A stretch of 61,637 bases of DNA, counting the filler, from Candidatus Woesearchaeota archaeon (lineage in GTDB: Archaea; Nanobdellota; Nanobdellia; SCGC-AAA011-G17; CAYFGV01), in the NCBI GenBank assembly GCA_964342845.1. It is 5 parts of 5 records of this genome, joined end to end, with 100 filler letters (N's around TTAATTAATTAA, not from the genome) between each part and the next. Parts side by side here need not be neighbours in the genome. Positions count along the whole stretch, not along the records: positions 27,715 to 40,297 come from CAYFGV010000018.1; positions 40,398 to 51,648 come from CAYFGV010000019.1; 3 more parts are not named here. One strand, 5' to 3'. Position numbers and translations under genes: made by a program. Position 1 is the first letter of the stretch. The number at the start of each line of letters is the position of its first letter. Under the pieces are notes generated by a model. It was not told where the DNA came from, made no database searches, and saw only the letters and a list, made by a program, of their open reading frames with translations. Of this stretch, positions 38,418 through 47,820 are shown one piece after another.

Positions 38418-38960
38418 ATGGTAAATATATGTAAACTCAAGTTAACTAGTCTCCAACAAGAGATTTTAAGGCTACTTTTCATAAAAACGGGAATTAAGTT
38501 AAATCAAAGACAGATAGCAAATTATCTAAAAGTTTCTCAACCAGCTGTAATGAAGGCTTTACCGGGCTTAGAAGACTTAATTAAAATAAAACAAAGTAAA
38601 GAAACAAAAAGATGGTCAATAAAATTAAATAGAGATGATCACAAAACAACTCAACTAAAAAGGGTAGATAATCTAAAACTAATTTATGAAACAGGATTAG
38701 CAGATTTCTTAGAAAAAGAGTTTGCTGGAGCAACAATAATCTTATTTGGGAGCTATTCTAGAGGAGAAGATTTAATTAATTCAGATATAGATGTTGCAGT
38801 AATAGGAAGAAAAGAGAAAAAAATAGAACTAACAAATTATGAAAAAGAGCTTGAAAGACAGATAAATATCAACTTTTATGATTCATTTAAGAAAATCCAT
38901 AAAAATTTAAAAGAAAATTTATGTAATGGTATTGTTCTTGTAGGAGGTTTTGAGCTGTGA
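38418..38960 (+). CDS. HTH plus minimal nucleotidyltransferase (MNT) antitoxin-like protein
   Basis: LNQRQIANYLKVSQPAV HTH; LFGSYSRGED...SDIDVAV. Confidence 0.85.
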   Translation: MVNICKLKLTSLQQEILRLLFIKTGIKLNQRQIANYLKVSQPAVMKALPGLEDLIKIKQSKETKRWSIKLNRDDHKTTQLKRVDNLKLIYETGLADFLEKEFAGATIILFGSYSRGEDLINSDIDVAVIGRKEKKIELTNYEKELERQININFYDSFKKIHKNLKENLCNGIVLVGGFEL

Positions 38961-39400
38961 GAGGAATAAGGAGTTTTGATGAATTTGTAAAAGAAAATAT
39001 TGTTAAAAAACAAAAGATAGACAGATCAAGAGCAGAATTTTTAATTAAAGAATCTGAAAATAGTTATAATAATTTATTAAATATCATAAAAAAGATCAGA
39101 TTAGAAGATAATAATGCAAATATGTTTGTAAAGTTATCTTATGATATTTTAATGGAATGTATAAGAGCAAAAATGCTTTTAAAAGGATATAATGCTTCTG
39201 GTTTTGGAGCTCATGAGTCTGAAGTGGCTTATATGAGGGTTTTGGGTTTTAGTGAAAAAGATGTACAATTTGCTAACCAAATAAGGTACTTTAGAAATGG
39301 TATGCTCTATTATGGTACTGCACTTGATAAAGACTATGCAGAAGAAGTTATTAGGTTTACAAAAAGAGTCTATCAAAAGTTAAAATCTTTGGTTAAATAA
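38957..39400 (+). CDS. HEPN-domain protein (toxin-like partner of the MNT)
   Basis: Overlaps the MNT stop (GTGA); helical, with HESEVAY and RYFRNGMLYYG. Confidence 0.75.
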   Translation: MRGIRSFDEFVKENIVKKQKIDRSRAEFLIKESENSYNNLLNIIKKIRLEDNNANMFVKLSYDILMECIRAKMLLKGYNASGFGAHESEVAYMRVLGFSEKDVQFANQIRYFRNGMLYYGTALDKDYAEEVIRFTKRVYQKLKSLVK

Positions 39401-39424
39401 AAACCTAAATATTTTAATCATCTC

Positions 39425-39543
39425 TTAAAACTTTTAAGCACTTACTCTCACAACACAAATTAACGATGGTTAATAATACTCCTAAAACTTATAAGCAATT
39501 CTAATAACTTATGATATATTTATAGCTAATAACTTATAAGCAA
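39425..39543 (+). repeat. Direct repeats CTAA(T)AACTTATAAGCAA just beyond the xerA 3' end
   Basis: TTAAAACTTTTAAGCAC (39425), CTAAAACTTATAAGCAA (39482), CTAATAACTTATGATA (39501), CTAATAACTTATAAGCAA (39526). Confidence 0.6.
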
Positions 39544-39560
39544 AGATAAGAGGTTTTATT

Positions 39561-40297
39561 CTAAATCTCAACTGTTATATTTTTTAATTCTTTTGTACTA
39601 ACCTTGGTGTAAATTTCGGTCGTACTGATCGAGCTGTGTCCGAGTAGAGCCTGGATATATCGTATATCTACGCCTGATTCAAGCAAATGGGTAGCATATG
39701 AGTGTCTTAAAGTATGGCAAGAAACATCTTTAATGATCCTTGCTTTTTCTGTAGCTTGTTTAAACAAAAAATGAACATGTCTTGTACACAAAGGTTTCCC
39801 ATTAGAAGCAACAAACAGATAATCCTTAATCCTAGAATCTAGTATAAAATCTTTTAATTCCTCTAAAAACCTAGGAGATAAGTAAACAATCCTATCCTTC
39901 CGACCTTTTCCAGCTTTAATATGAAAGGCATTATTGTCAAAATCTAAGTCTTTTAAACGAGCATTTACAGCTTCACTTAACCTTAAGCCACCAGAATATA
40001 TGAATTTGAAGATCATTTTATCTCTTAAAGAACAAACAGAGAAAATATCGTTAATTTCTTTTTTACTTAGAACAACAGGTATTTTTTTGTCTATTTTTAT
40101 AACTAATTTAGTTTTTTCAGAAGTATCAACTATTGGTTTATCTAAGATTTTATTATACAGGTATTTTATTGCTGCTTTTGTCAAAGTTTTTGTTGAGTTT
40201 GAAACATTAGTTAAAGAAGCAAAATATTTTTCAACATCGTAGAACTCAACTTTCCTAGGATTCTTAGAAACAAACTCTGAAAACTTTCGAAGATACA
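39561..40297 (-). CDS. xerA: Tyrosine recombinase XerA-like, catalytic part (N-terminus at 14157-14296; full length 273 aa)
   Basis: GLRLSE (R), GKGRKDR (K), HTLRHSYATH (HxxR), LLGH, TTEIY (Y): all catalytic residues present. Confidence 0.93.
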
Positions 40298-40397
40298 NNN
40301 NNNNNNNNNNNNNNNNNNNNNNNNNNNNNNNNNNNNNNNNNTTAATTAATTAANNNNNNNNNNNNNNNNNNNNNNNNNNNNNNNNNNNNNNNNNNNN
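40298..40397. other. Artificial contig linker
   Basis: N-run/TTAATTAATTAA/N-run. Confidence 0.98.
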
Positions 40398-40525
40398 ATG
40401 TGAACCATTCCTTCTTTTCTTTCATATTCATCTAGAATCACAAAAACAGAATGATATAGAATCTTCTTAACAGTGCAAAGTACAATTTCTTCCTTTTCTG
40501 GAAATCCTTTTTTCTTATAAAACAT
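40398..40525 (-). CDS. eif2a: Translation initiation factor aIF-2 alpha (N-terminal fragment at contig end)
   Basis: MFYKKKGFPEKEEIVLCTVKKILYHSVFVILDEYEKKEGMVH (S1 domain); follows S27e as expected. Confidence 0.88.
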
Positions 40526-40526
40526 T

Positions 40527-40706
40527 TTAACTTAAAATCTCAAGAATATTTGCATTTATCTTTGCTTTTCCGCCCGTACTTTCTGCTAATACTTCTTCAC
40601 AAACTAAACACTTAACTTTAGTAGAGGCTTTTTCAAATATAATCTGCTCATTCTTACATTTACTACATCTAACTTTCAAAAATCTACTTTTAGGTTCTTT
40701 TAACAT
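40527..40706 (-). CDS. rps27e: 30S ribosomal protein S27e (not in the ORF track)
   Basis: [20 protein letters not shown]...VKCLVC...STGGKA. Confidence 0.95.
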   Translation of the reverse strand: MLKEPKSRFLKVRCSKCKNEQIIFEKASTKVKCLVCEEVLAESTGGKAKINANILEILS

Positions 40707-40708
40707 TT

Positions 40709-41017
40709 TTATTCTAACTCCAATTTTTTAGCTCTCTTTAAAACCATTATTTGGCTTTTCTTACATTCACCACAAGTTAATTTTAAAGCATGCTTTTTAC
40801 TAGTTTTAGCACCATATCTTTTTCCCATACCTGCAGGCTTAGAATATCTGCCTTTATTACCAAAACCAGCCTTTCCTAAACCTCTTTTTTCTAATCTTTG
40901 TATAGATCCCTTTTTAAGAGTCCCTCTCTTAATTCCTGTTTTAACCAATGTAATCTTTAATTCTTTATGGGCTTTACAATACTTACAATATCCTTTTTTT
41001 GATTTTTTGAATTTCAT
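40709..41017 (-). CDS. rpl44e: 50S ribosomal protein L44e
   Basis: YCKYCKAH...[15 protein letters not shown]; conserved cluster. Confidence 0.92.
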   Translation of the reverse strand: MKFKKSKKGYCKYCKAHKELKITLVKTGIKRGTLKKGSIQRLEKRGLGKAGFGNKGRYSKPAGMGKRYGAKTSKKHALKLTCGECKKSQIMVLKRAKKLELE

Positions 41018-41625
41018 ATCTTTTCTACCTTTCCTTTCTTTATAAGTACTCCGACAACCTCTTCTTGGAGGTTAGCCACATCTTCTTTTTCAAAAGGCCC
41101 GTAAACCTTCAAATCAGTACTTATGAACTTTGGTACCGGCTGTAAAAACCTTACCAACTGATTTTTTGGATTATTCTCTTTTTTTAATCCTTTCGGTTTC
41201 TCCAAAATCGGCAATTTTCCATCAATTAACCTATTTTGTATAGAATTTCTATATCTGCTAAAAACATCTATTAACTCATTATAAAGCTCTTTCTCTTCTT
41301 TTAATAAGCTAATTTGATTATTCTCGGGATTTGTTCTAGAAGCTATCAAAGCCAAATTTATTATTTTACTCTCCCTTTTCTCATACAAATCCTTCAAAAT
41401 TTTAGTTATATTCTCTAACTGCTTTCTAGTCTTCTTTACCTCAATATCCGCAAAAATACTCTTTTTAGACTCTTGAGACTCTAAAATAGCTTTTTTCTCT
41501 TTTAAATATTTTATAACATCAAAATAAAAACTTTCACTCAACTGCTGAATATCAGGTCTATTCTTCTCTAATCTAAGCAATTCATACAAAGTCTCAAAAG
41601 TTATTATAACCTCTTTCTCCTCCAT
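41014..41625 (-). CDS. gins15: GINS complex subunit (Gins15-like)
   Basis: Helical A domain (LYEKRESKII...EEKELY) and beta B domain (VRFLQPVPKF...YGPF); upstream of L44e-S27e-aIF2alpha. Confidence 0.85.
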   Translation of the reverse strand: MEEKEVIITFETLYELLRLEKNRPDIQQLSESFYFDVIKYLKEKKAILESQESKKSIFADIEVKKTRKQLENITKILKDLYEKRESKIINLALIASRTNPENNQISLLKEEKELYNELIDVFSRYRNSIQNRLIDGKLPILEKPKGLKKENNPKNQLVRFLQPVPKFISTDLKVYGPFEKEDVANLQEEVVGVLIKKGKVEKI

Positions 41626-41727
41626 AAAAAATGGAATCTTTAAGATTTTAAATAGATTTATGTGTTTGTTCTAAATAAATACTTATAAACCCCTAATTCT
41701 AAGACTTAAAAAAGAGGATAAAATAAA

Positions 41728-42252
41728 ATGCCAAAGACAACAAACATCTCCCCAAAAAATAAAGAATATTTTAAAAAATTGATTCCTTTTGCTCAAAAGA
41801 TAATTGCAATTTGTAAAGAAAATAAAAGTGAACCAATAATCTATGGAAGTTTTTCACATTTTTTTCATACAAAAGATAAAAACATGAAAGTAAACGATAT
41901 TGATATAATCCTCCCTAAGAAAGCGTTTAAGAAAATTTTAAATTCATTAAAGAAAAACAATATTAACTTCAAATATTACCCAGAATGGCAAACAATTATA
42001 ATAAAAAAAGGAAAATTAAGAGTCGAAATTGATGGAGTTGGTTCAGGATACAAAAGCATTTCAGAACAGTCACTATCTAAAAACATTTTTAAAAAGATTG
42101 ATTTTTATGGAACAGAAGTAAAAATAATAACTTTGAAACAATTAGAGGAAATATACTCTGTTGCATATAGTCGCTCAAAAGAAGATAAAACTAAAATAAT
42201 GGAAAAAATTAAACAATTAGAAAAATATTTAGACAGAAAAATTAAAATCTAA
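41728..42252 (+). CDS. Nucleotidyltransferase-superfamily protein
   Basis: IYGS...NDIDII...VEID. Confidence 0.65.
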   Translation: MPKTTNISPKNKEYFKKLIPFAQKIIAICKENKSEPIIYGSFSHFFHTKDKNMKVNDIDIILPKKAFKKILNSLKKNNINFKYYPEWQTIIIKKGKLRVEIDGVGSGYKSISEQSLSKNIFKKIDFYGTEVKIITLKQLEEIYSVAYSRSKEDKTKIMEKIKQLEKYLDRKIKI

Positions 42253-42265
42253 AAAGGAGGATAAA

Positions 42266-42790
42266 ATGCCAAAAACAATAGAAAATTTAAAAACTGCTTT
42301 CGCAGGAGAATCCCAAGCAAGAAACAAATACGATTACTTCGCAAAACAAGCAAGAAAAGAAGGTTACCATTACATAGCAAATATATTCGAAGAAACAGCA
42401 TTAAATGAACATCAACACGCAAAAGAGGAATTTAAATTATTAAAAGGAATAAACAAAACAAAAGAAAACTTAAAAGAAGCAATTAAGGGAGAACACTATG
42501 AAAACTCAGAAATGTACCCAGAAATGCAAAAACAAGCAGAACAAGAAAACAATAAACCAGCAGCTAAATTATTCAAAGAAATAGCAGAAGTAGAAAAACA
42601 CCACGAACAAAGATACAGAAAACTCTTAGAAATGCTAGAAAATAACACAGTATACAAAAGAAAAACAGAAATAAACTGGAAATGTCTCAAGTGCGGATAC
42701 ATACATAAAGACAAAGAACCACCTAAAGAATGTCCTGCTTGCAAACATGAAAAAGAATACTTCGAACCAGAAGACATCTGTAGTTTGTAA
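42266..42790 (+). CDS. rbr: Rubrerythrin
   Basis: AFAGESQARNKY, EHQH, EKHH, rubredoxin-like CLKCG...CPAC. Confidence 0.93.
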   Translation: MPKTIENLKTAFAGESQARNKYDYFAKQARKEGYHYIANIFEETALNEHQHAKEEFKLLKGINKTKENLKEAIKGEHYENSEMYPEMQKQAEQENNKPAAKLFKEIAEVEKHHEQRYRKLLEMLENNTVYKRKTEINWKCLKCGYIHKDKEPPKECPACKHEKEYFEPEDICSL

Positions 42791-42825
42791 TAAAATTTAT
42801 TAACTACAACTTATTCTTTTTTATT

Positions 42826-43038
42826 ATGGAAAATAAAAGACTAGAAGAAATTAAAGAACAAATGGGTCATGAACTATACAAAACAGCTTTAGACATATGG
42901 GCAGAAAATATAGAAAGCTGGTTTACTACTAAAAACAAATATTACGGAAACAAAAGCCCAGAAGACTTATGTAGAGAAAAAAAACAAGAAAAATTAGAAG
43001 AATACCTTGGCCGTTCAGAACACGGTATTCATCTTTAA
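42826..43038 (+). CDS. Stand-alone MbcA/ParS/Xre antitoxin C-terminal-like domain
   Basis: SWFTTKNKYYGNKSPEDLC matches the W..PN..L.G..P..L pattern. Confidence 0.55.
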   Translation: MENKRLEEIKEQMGHELYKTALDIWAENIESWFTTKNKYYGNKSPEDLCREKKQEKLEEYLGRSEHGIHL

Positions 43039-43045
43039 AACAAAC

Positions 43046-43897
43046 ATGTATATCATAAAACAAAAACCAGAAGACTTCATCGTAGAAGAAATACCTATCA
43101 AATTCTTAAAAAAAGGAAAATACAAAATTTACGAACTAAAAAAAATAAATCAAACAACACAACAAGCAATTAAAGACCTAAAAGTAAAAAACATCAAATA
43201 CGCAGGAAACAAAGACAAAGTAGCAGTAACAACACAACACATTTCCTCAACCAAACCACTACCTCTTCCATTAAAAGGCTACCTAGACAAACCTCTTTCA
43301 CTAGGAGACCTAAAAGCAAACAAGTTCACAATAAAAGTAAGAAACACAAAAGAAAAACAAAAAATCAAATTCCTAGAAAATTATTTTGACGACCAAAGAT
43401 TCTCAAAAAACAACAAAGAAGTAGGAAAATTAATAGTAAAAAAACAATATAAAGAAGCTTGTAGAATTCTAAACATACCTCAAGATAACCCAATACAATC
43501 CCTAAGAAAAGAACCATTAAGATTCTACATTCACGCTTATCAATCTTATCTATTCAACGAGGCATTAAAAGAATATACAAATAAAGATATAAAAGTAAAA
43601 TATTCACAAGGATATCTATATTTCTCTAAAACAAAAATAAAAAACATAAAAATACCTTTATTCAATTTCGAAACAAAACATAAATTATATAATAAAATAA
43701 TAAAAAAAGAAAAAATAACAAAAGAAGATTTTATCTTCAGATCCCTGCCAGAATTAATTTCAGACCAAGTCTACAGAGATGCTATAATAACCCCTAAGTT
43801 CATCTCATCATCATACAAAAACAAAACACAAACAATAAAATTCATCTTGCCAAAAGGATCATATGCAACAATGTTAATAAAAAAAATGTTTAACTAA
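43046..43897 (+). CDS. truD: tRNA pseudouridine(13) synthase, compact form
   Basis: KQKPEDFIVEE, YAGNKDKVAVTTQ, NYFDDQRF, HAYQSYLFN, FILPKGSYAT. Confidence 0.92.
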   Translation: MYIIKQKPEDFIVEEIPIKFLKKGKYKIYELKKINQTTQQAIKDLKVKNIKYAGNKDKVAVTTQHISSTKPLPLPLKGYLDKPLSLGDLKANKFTIKVRNTKEKQKIKFLENYFDDQRFSKNNKEVGKLIVKKQYKEACRILNIPQDNPIQSLRKEPLRFYIHAYQSYLFNEALKEYTNKDIKVKYSQGYLYFSKTKIKNIKIPLFNFETKHKLYNKIIKKEKITKEDFIFRSLPELISDQVYRDAIITPKFISSSYKNKTQTIKFILPKGSYATMLIKKMFN

Positions 43898-44141
43898 CTC
43901 TAGATTTTCTTAAATTAGAAATACCTTGTAAAATAACTAATATGCTTAGAATTACAACAACTATAACTACAATTATATTAATTATAGGAATTTTGGAAAA
44001 AATATCTTGATGTTCTTCAGGAATATTATCTATAGTACTATCAACTATATCATTTACAAGAAAAATACTATAGACTCCTCCGATAATTAGAATAATAGCA
44101 ATAAAAATCTGCACAAAACCTATAACATCTTTAAGTTCCAT
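43890..44141 (-). CDS. Small membrane protein
   Basis: Two TM helices. Confidence 0.6.
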   Translation of the reverse strand: MELKDVIGFVQIFIAIILIIGGVYSIFLVNDIVDSTIDNIPEEHQDIFSKIPIINIIVVIVVVILSILVILQGISNLRKSRVS

Positions 44142-44176
44142 AACTAGGATTAGCAAATCTCTTTTAATAAATCTTT

Positions 44177-45397
44177 CTATCTTTCATAAATTTCACTCCA
44201 CTTCTTTTCAAACATATCATAAAACCTATCACTTGACACCTGTTGAAAAGCTAATTTCATTTGTGGTGGTCTGATTCCTCCGTTAAGAAAAGATTCAGCA
44301 AAAACATTATGACTTTCCAAAGCACACAAACCAGTTTCAGGATCAATTTGTAAAAATCTTCTTTGAGAACTTGAAGGATAATCCTTCTTCACAGATGCAT
44401 CGGCACTTGACGCAAGATAAATAATTTCCATAACATCTTCATCAGTACAAGGAAAAGTTCCCTCGCCATAAATATTCTCATACTTTGGTTTTATATCTCG
44501 AGCTATGTTTTCATCTTGTCCACCATAATATATTTTCGGTGCAGATTTATCCCATGAGTCAATAAAATCAATACTTATAAACCCTAAGGCGGCAGATTTA
44601 CCAAATTTTAAATACGTTCCAATATAACCAGCATCATCACTCAAACCAAAACCTTCACTCAGCTCAAGAAAACCATTTACATAACCATTTTTATATGTTT
44701 CAAAAAAACTATCCGTAATAATTCTTGCCTCAGAAAGTTTTTCAATATTTATTTCTTCGTTAGAACTCAGTCTAGAAAGATCATCAAGACTCAATCCATT
44801 TTCTTTTAATCTTTCAAAATGAACAGGCCTACAAATTCCTTGATGTATCTTAACGCCATATTTTTTTTCAGTCCTAGCCCTCCATTCAGCAGAATCAAAA
44901 CAACCACCAATATAAGCACCTATCAAAAATTCAATAGGATTATGAATAAGCATCCATTGAAAAGGCAAAACTCCGCCAATAGGTTTTCCATTTAAATTAA
45001 CTGGTTTAATAGAGTGTTTTTTAGAACAATTTCCATTTTTATTTTTTCTAACATCATCAAACAACGAAAGAATATAACGCTTTTTATCATCAATTATATC
45101 TTGACGTTTTACTTGTACTTCATGAACATCCTCTCCTAACGCTTCAAAAACATTTTCAAGTATAGTATTACGGTAACATACTCTTTCAAAAGATTGTTGT
45201 GTTTTAGGATCCCAAAAACCCTCCATCATTCGTCCATGAACACTCTGCATTAATATAAGTCTCCTTACATCTTCAGTTAAAGCAAGATTAACTGTTTCAA
45301 GAAGATACTCGTAAGTAGAGTTAACAGCTCCAACAAAAAATTCATCAGGCTCTGTTCTTACTTTTGGCACCCCAAAAAAAGCAGATTTATCCATCAT
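44177..45397 (-). CDS. Hypothetical protein (about 406 aa)
   Basis: GGAGGTG RBS before ATG 45397; no family recognised. Confidence 0.7.
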   Translation of the reverse strand: MMDKSAFFGVPKVRTEPDEFFVGAVNSTYEYLLETVNLALTEDVRRLILMQSVHGRMMEGFWDPKTQQSFERVCYRNTILENVFEALGEDVHEVQVKRQDIIDDKKRYILSLFDDVRKNKNGNCSKKHSIKPVNLNGKPIGGVLPFQWMLIHNPIEFLIGAYIGGCFDSAEWRARTEKKYGVKIHQGICRPVHFERLKENGLSLDDLSRLSSNEEINIEKLSEARIITDSFFETYKNGYVNGFLELSEGFGLSDDAGYIGTYLKFGKSAALGFISIDFIDSWDKSAPKIYYGGQDENIARDIKPKYENIYGEGTFPCTDEDVMEIIYLASSADASVKKDYPSSSQRRFLQIDPETGLCALESHNVFAESFLNGGIRPPQMKLAFQQVSSDRFYDMFEKKWSEIYER

Positions 45398-45500
45398 CTT
45401 AAAAAGCACCTCCACATATTTATAAAAATATTCATAGTAAAACAATAGCAATCCAGTATAAAACAAAAACCTTTTTAAACAAAAACAAAAAAAACAATCT

Positions 45501-46337
45501 ATGAAATACAAACAAATACTATTAAGCAGCATTAAAACACCAATAAAACAACCACTACTTTTCTTTCCAAGTATAGCACTCTTCCTAACAAATACAATCC
45601 TTATATTACTCTTTTTATCAGTTACTGGACTATTGCCTCTATTGACGCAAAATCCAGCAATTATCTTTGAACAAGACCTTCAAACAATCATAAACTATCT
45701 TCAGCTTAATTTTGAAAGCAATTTACTAAATATACTAATAACTTTCATAGGGTTTGTAGTAATTAATTTCTTAGTAGGTTCAGGTTTGTTAGCCATGAAA
45801 TTCGGCTTAATAAAAGAAGTAGCAAAAAAAAGAAAAATAACATTAAGAAAAGCAGTACAATCAGGGAAAAAATACACATTTAGAATTATAAAACTAAAAG
45901 TCTTTGTCTTTGTATGCATGGCATTACTAATATTAATACTTAACTCTATATTTCCTCGTCTTTTATCAATTTCAAATAGTATTATTTTCGTAACTTTAAC
46001 TTATTTCATGATAAAGGTCTCCTACCAAATTATAAATTTCATATTGTTATTCCGTTATCCTATTCTATTAACAAAAAACAAAGGAGTATTCTTCACAATT
46101 AAAGAAACATTTAGATTTTTCAAATCAAAAACAAAATTTGTAATAGCAACTTGGATAATAATCTTCATCATAACAACCATAACTACTTTGTTCCTATTAT
46201 TCTTAAACACAAGCTTAACAGCAACATTAACTTACGGATTAGTAATATTCTTAATAATAAAAAGCCTAACAGATATAATTATTTCTTTGTGGCAGGACAT
46301 CTTCTTATTTTTCGTATACTTTTTTAAAGAGAAATAG
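45501..46337 (+). CDS. Multi-pass membrane protein
   Basis: About six TM helices. Confidence 0.7.
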   Translation: MKYKQILLSSIKTPIKQPLLFFPSIALFLTNTILILLFLSVTGLLPLLTQNPAIIFEQDLQTIINYLQLNFESNLLNILITFIGFVVINFLVGSGLLAMKFGLIKEVAKKRKITLRKAVQSGKKYTFRIIKLKVFVFVCMALLILILNSIFPRLLSISNSIIFVTLTYFMIKVSYQIINFILLFRYPILLTKNKGVFFTIKETFRFFKSKTKFVIATWIIIFIITTITTLFLLFLNTSLTATLTYGLVIFLIIKSLTDIIISLWQDIFLFFVYFFKEK

Positions 46338-47208
46338 CTTCTAATTCCTTAGCACAAAAACTATTCTTAAATACTTTTCTAGCCTCTTTTTCAAAAACCC
46401 TTAAATCTTTATACCTTTGGGAAAAATGTGTTAACACTAATTTCTTTACCTTTGCTTTTTCAGCAATCATCGCAGCCTGCCTAGAAGTTAAATGTTTATA
46501 ATCTCTAGCCTTGCTTTTATCTTCATCTAAGAAAGTACTCTCACAAACCAATAAATCAGCACATTCAGCTAACTCAACACATTTCTTATTAAATAAAGTA
46601 TCCAACACAAAACTAACCTTTCTGCCCTTAACCAACTTAGTCCCTTTCTCAACAGTAATCTTCTTCCCTTTATACACAATGTCCTTACCTTTCTGCAAAT
46701 TACCTAACAAAGGATCTTTGCTCAATCCAAACTTTTTAACATAACTAAGATTTATCTTCCTTCTATCTTTTTCAACAAAAGAATAACCTAAACATTCTGT
46801 ACTGTGGTCTAATTTCTTAGCTTCAATAAAATATTTTTTACCTTCAAAAAAAACCCTTTTTTTAACATCATTAAATTCAACAAAATCCAAATTAACAAAC
46901 CTTTTCAAAGTCTCTTTTAAAACCCTTTTACTTCCTCTAGGCCCGTAAACCTCTATTTTTTTACTAACTCCACTAGCCTTTATACTCTGCAATAACCCAA
47001 ACAAACCCCACAAATGGTCCCCATGCAAATGAGTTATCAAAATCTTATCAATACTAGACGGATAAAACTTAATTCTCATTAACTGCTGCTGAATCCCTTC
47101 TCCAGCATCCACTAATATATTCTCCCCTTCAGAGCTAATTAAAGCACCAAATGCGTTCCTTTTTGAAGTAGGAGCCATACAAGCATTGCCTAAAACATAA
47201 ACTTTCAT
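46324..47208 (-). CDS. rnz: Ribonuclease Z
   Basis: VDAGEG, THLHGDH, exosite arm, HLTS, LTHFSQRY. Confidence 0.95.
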   Translation of the reverse strand: MKVYVLGNACMAPTSKRNAFGALISSEGENILVDAGEGIQQQLMRIKFYPSSIDKILITHLHGDHLWGLFGLLQSIKASGVSKKIEVYGPRGSKRVLKETLKRFVNLDFVEFNDVKKRVFFEGKKYFIEAKKLDHSTECLGYSFVEKDRRKINLSYVKKFGLSKDPLLGNLQKGKDIVYKGKKITVEKGTKLVKGRKVSFVLDTLFNKKCVELAECADLLVCESTFLDEDKSKARDYKHLTSRQAAMIAEKAKVKKLVLTHFSQRYKDLRVFEKEARKVFKNSFCAKELEAISL

Positions 47209-47259
47209 AGAAACTAATAAACAAAAGTTTTTTAAATAATTTACGCTTTTTTAAAAAAC

Positions 47260-47790
47260 ATGGAAAAAGACAAAATAACAGCAAAATTCATTGACGGAAA
47301 AGTTACAGCAGAAAAAGATAGCATAAGCTCTTCATTATATGATAAAAGCAGATTCGGAGAACCTAAAAAAGATAAATATCATTATTCATTAGTTGAAGCT
47401 CTATACCTGCTAGAAACAGGAAAAGCAACAATCCTAAACAAAGCAGGAAGAGAAGTATTATTCGATAGATTTGTAAAACAAGCTGTAAAATACGAACCTG
47501 GCTTCTGGATAAGATACTGTGTCTTCAAAGACATGAGATCTAGAGGTTATATAGTTAAAACTGCCTTAAAATTTGGAGCAGATTTCCGTGTTTATGACAG
47601 AGGAGTTAGACCTGGAGAAGATCACGCTAAATGGATTCTTTTCCCAGTACATGAAGGAGAAACAATGAGCTGGTATAAATTCAGTGCCATGAACAGAGTT
47701 GCTCATTCTACAAGAAAGAAATTACTAGTTGGCTGTGTAGATGATGAAGATGACGTAACATATTGGATTATTTCTTGGACCAAACCATAA
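47260..47790 (+). CDS. endA: tRNA splicing endonuclease (single-unit form)
   Basis: SLVEALYL, RGYIVKTALKFGADFRVY, HA.W, RVAHSTRKKL. Confidence 0.95.
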   Translation: MEKDKITAKFIDGKVTAEKDSISSSLYDKSRFGEPKKDKYHYSLVEALYLLETGKATILNKAGREVLFDRFVKQAVKYEPGFWIRYCVFKDMRSRGYIVKTALKFGADFRVYDRGVRPGEDHAKWILFPVHEGETMSWYKFSAMNRVAHSTRKKLLVGCVDDEDDVTYWIISWTKP

Positions 47791-47820
47791 CTTTAAATAA
47801 ATCCCTAACATACCCCTTCT

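Noticed and set aside
30200..40297. Integron with a cassette array next to the recombinase
   Set aside because: No attC-like repeats found by eye, genes are in mixed orientation, and the recombinase lacks the IntI-specific insertion.
36070..40297. Discrete prophage or integrative element
   Set aside because: No virion or conjugation genes and no flanking att duplication visible; treated as a variable region only.
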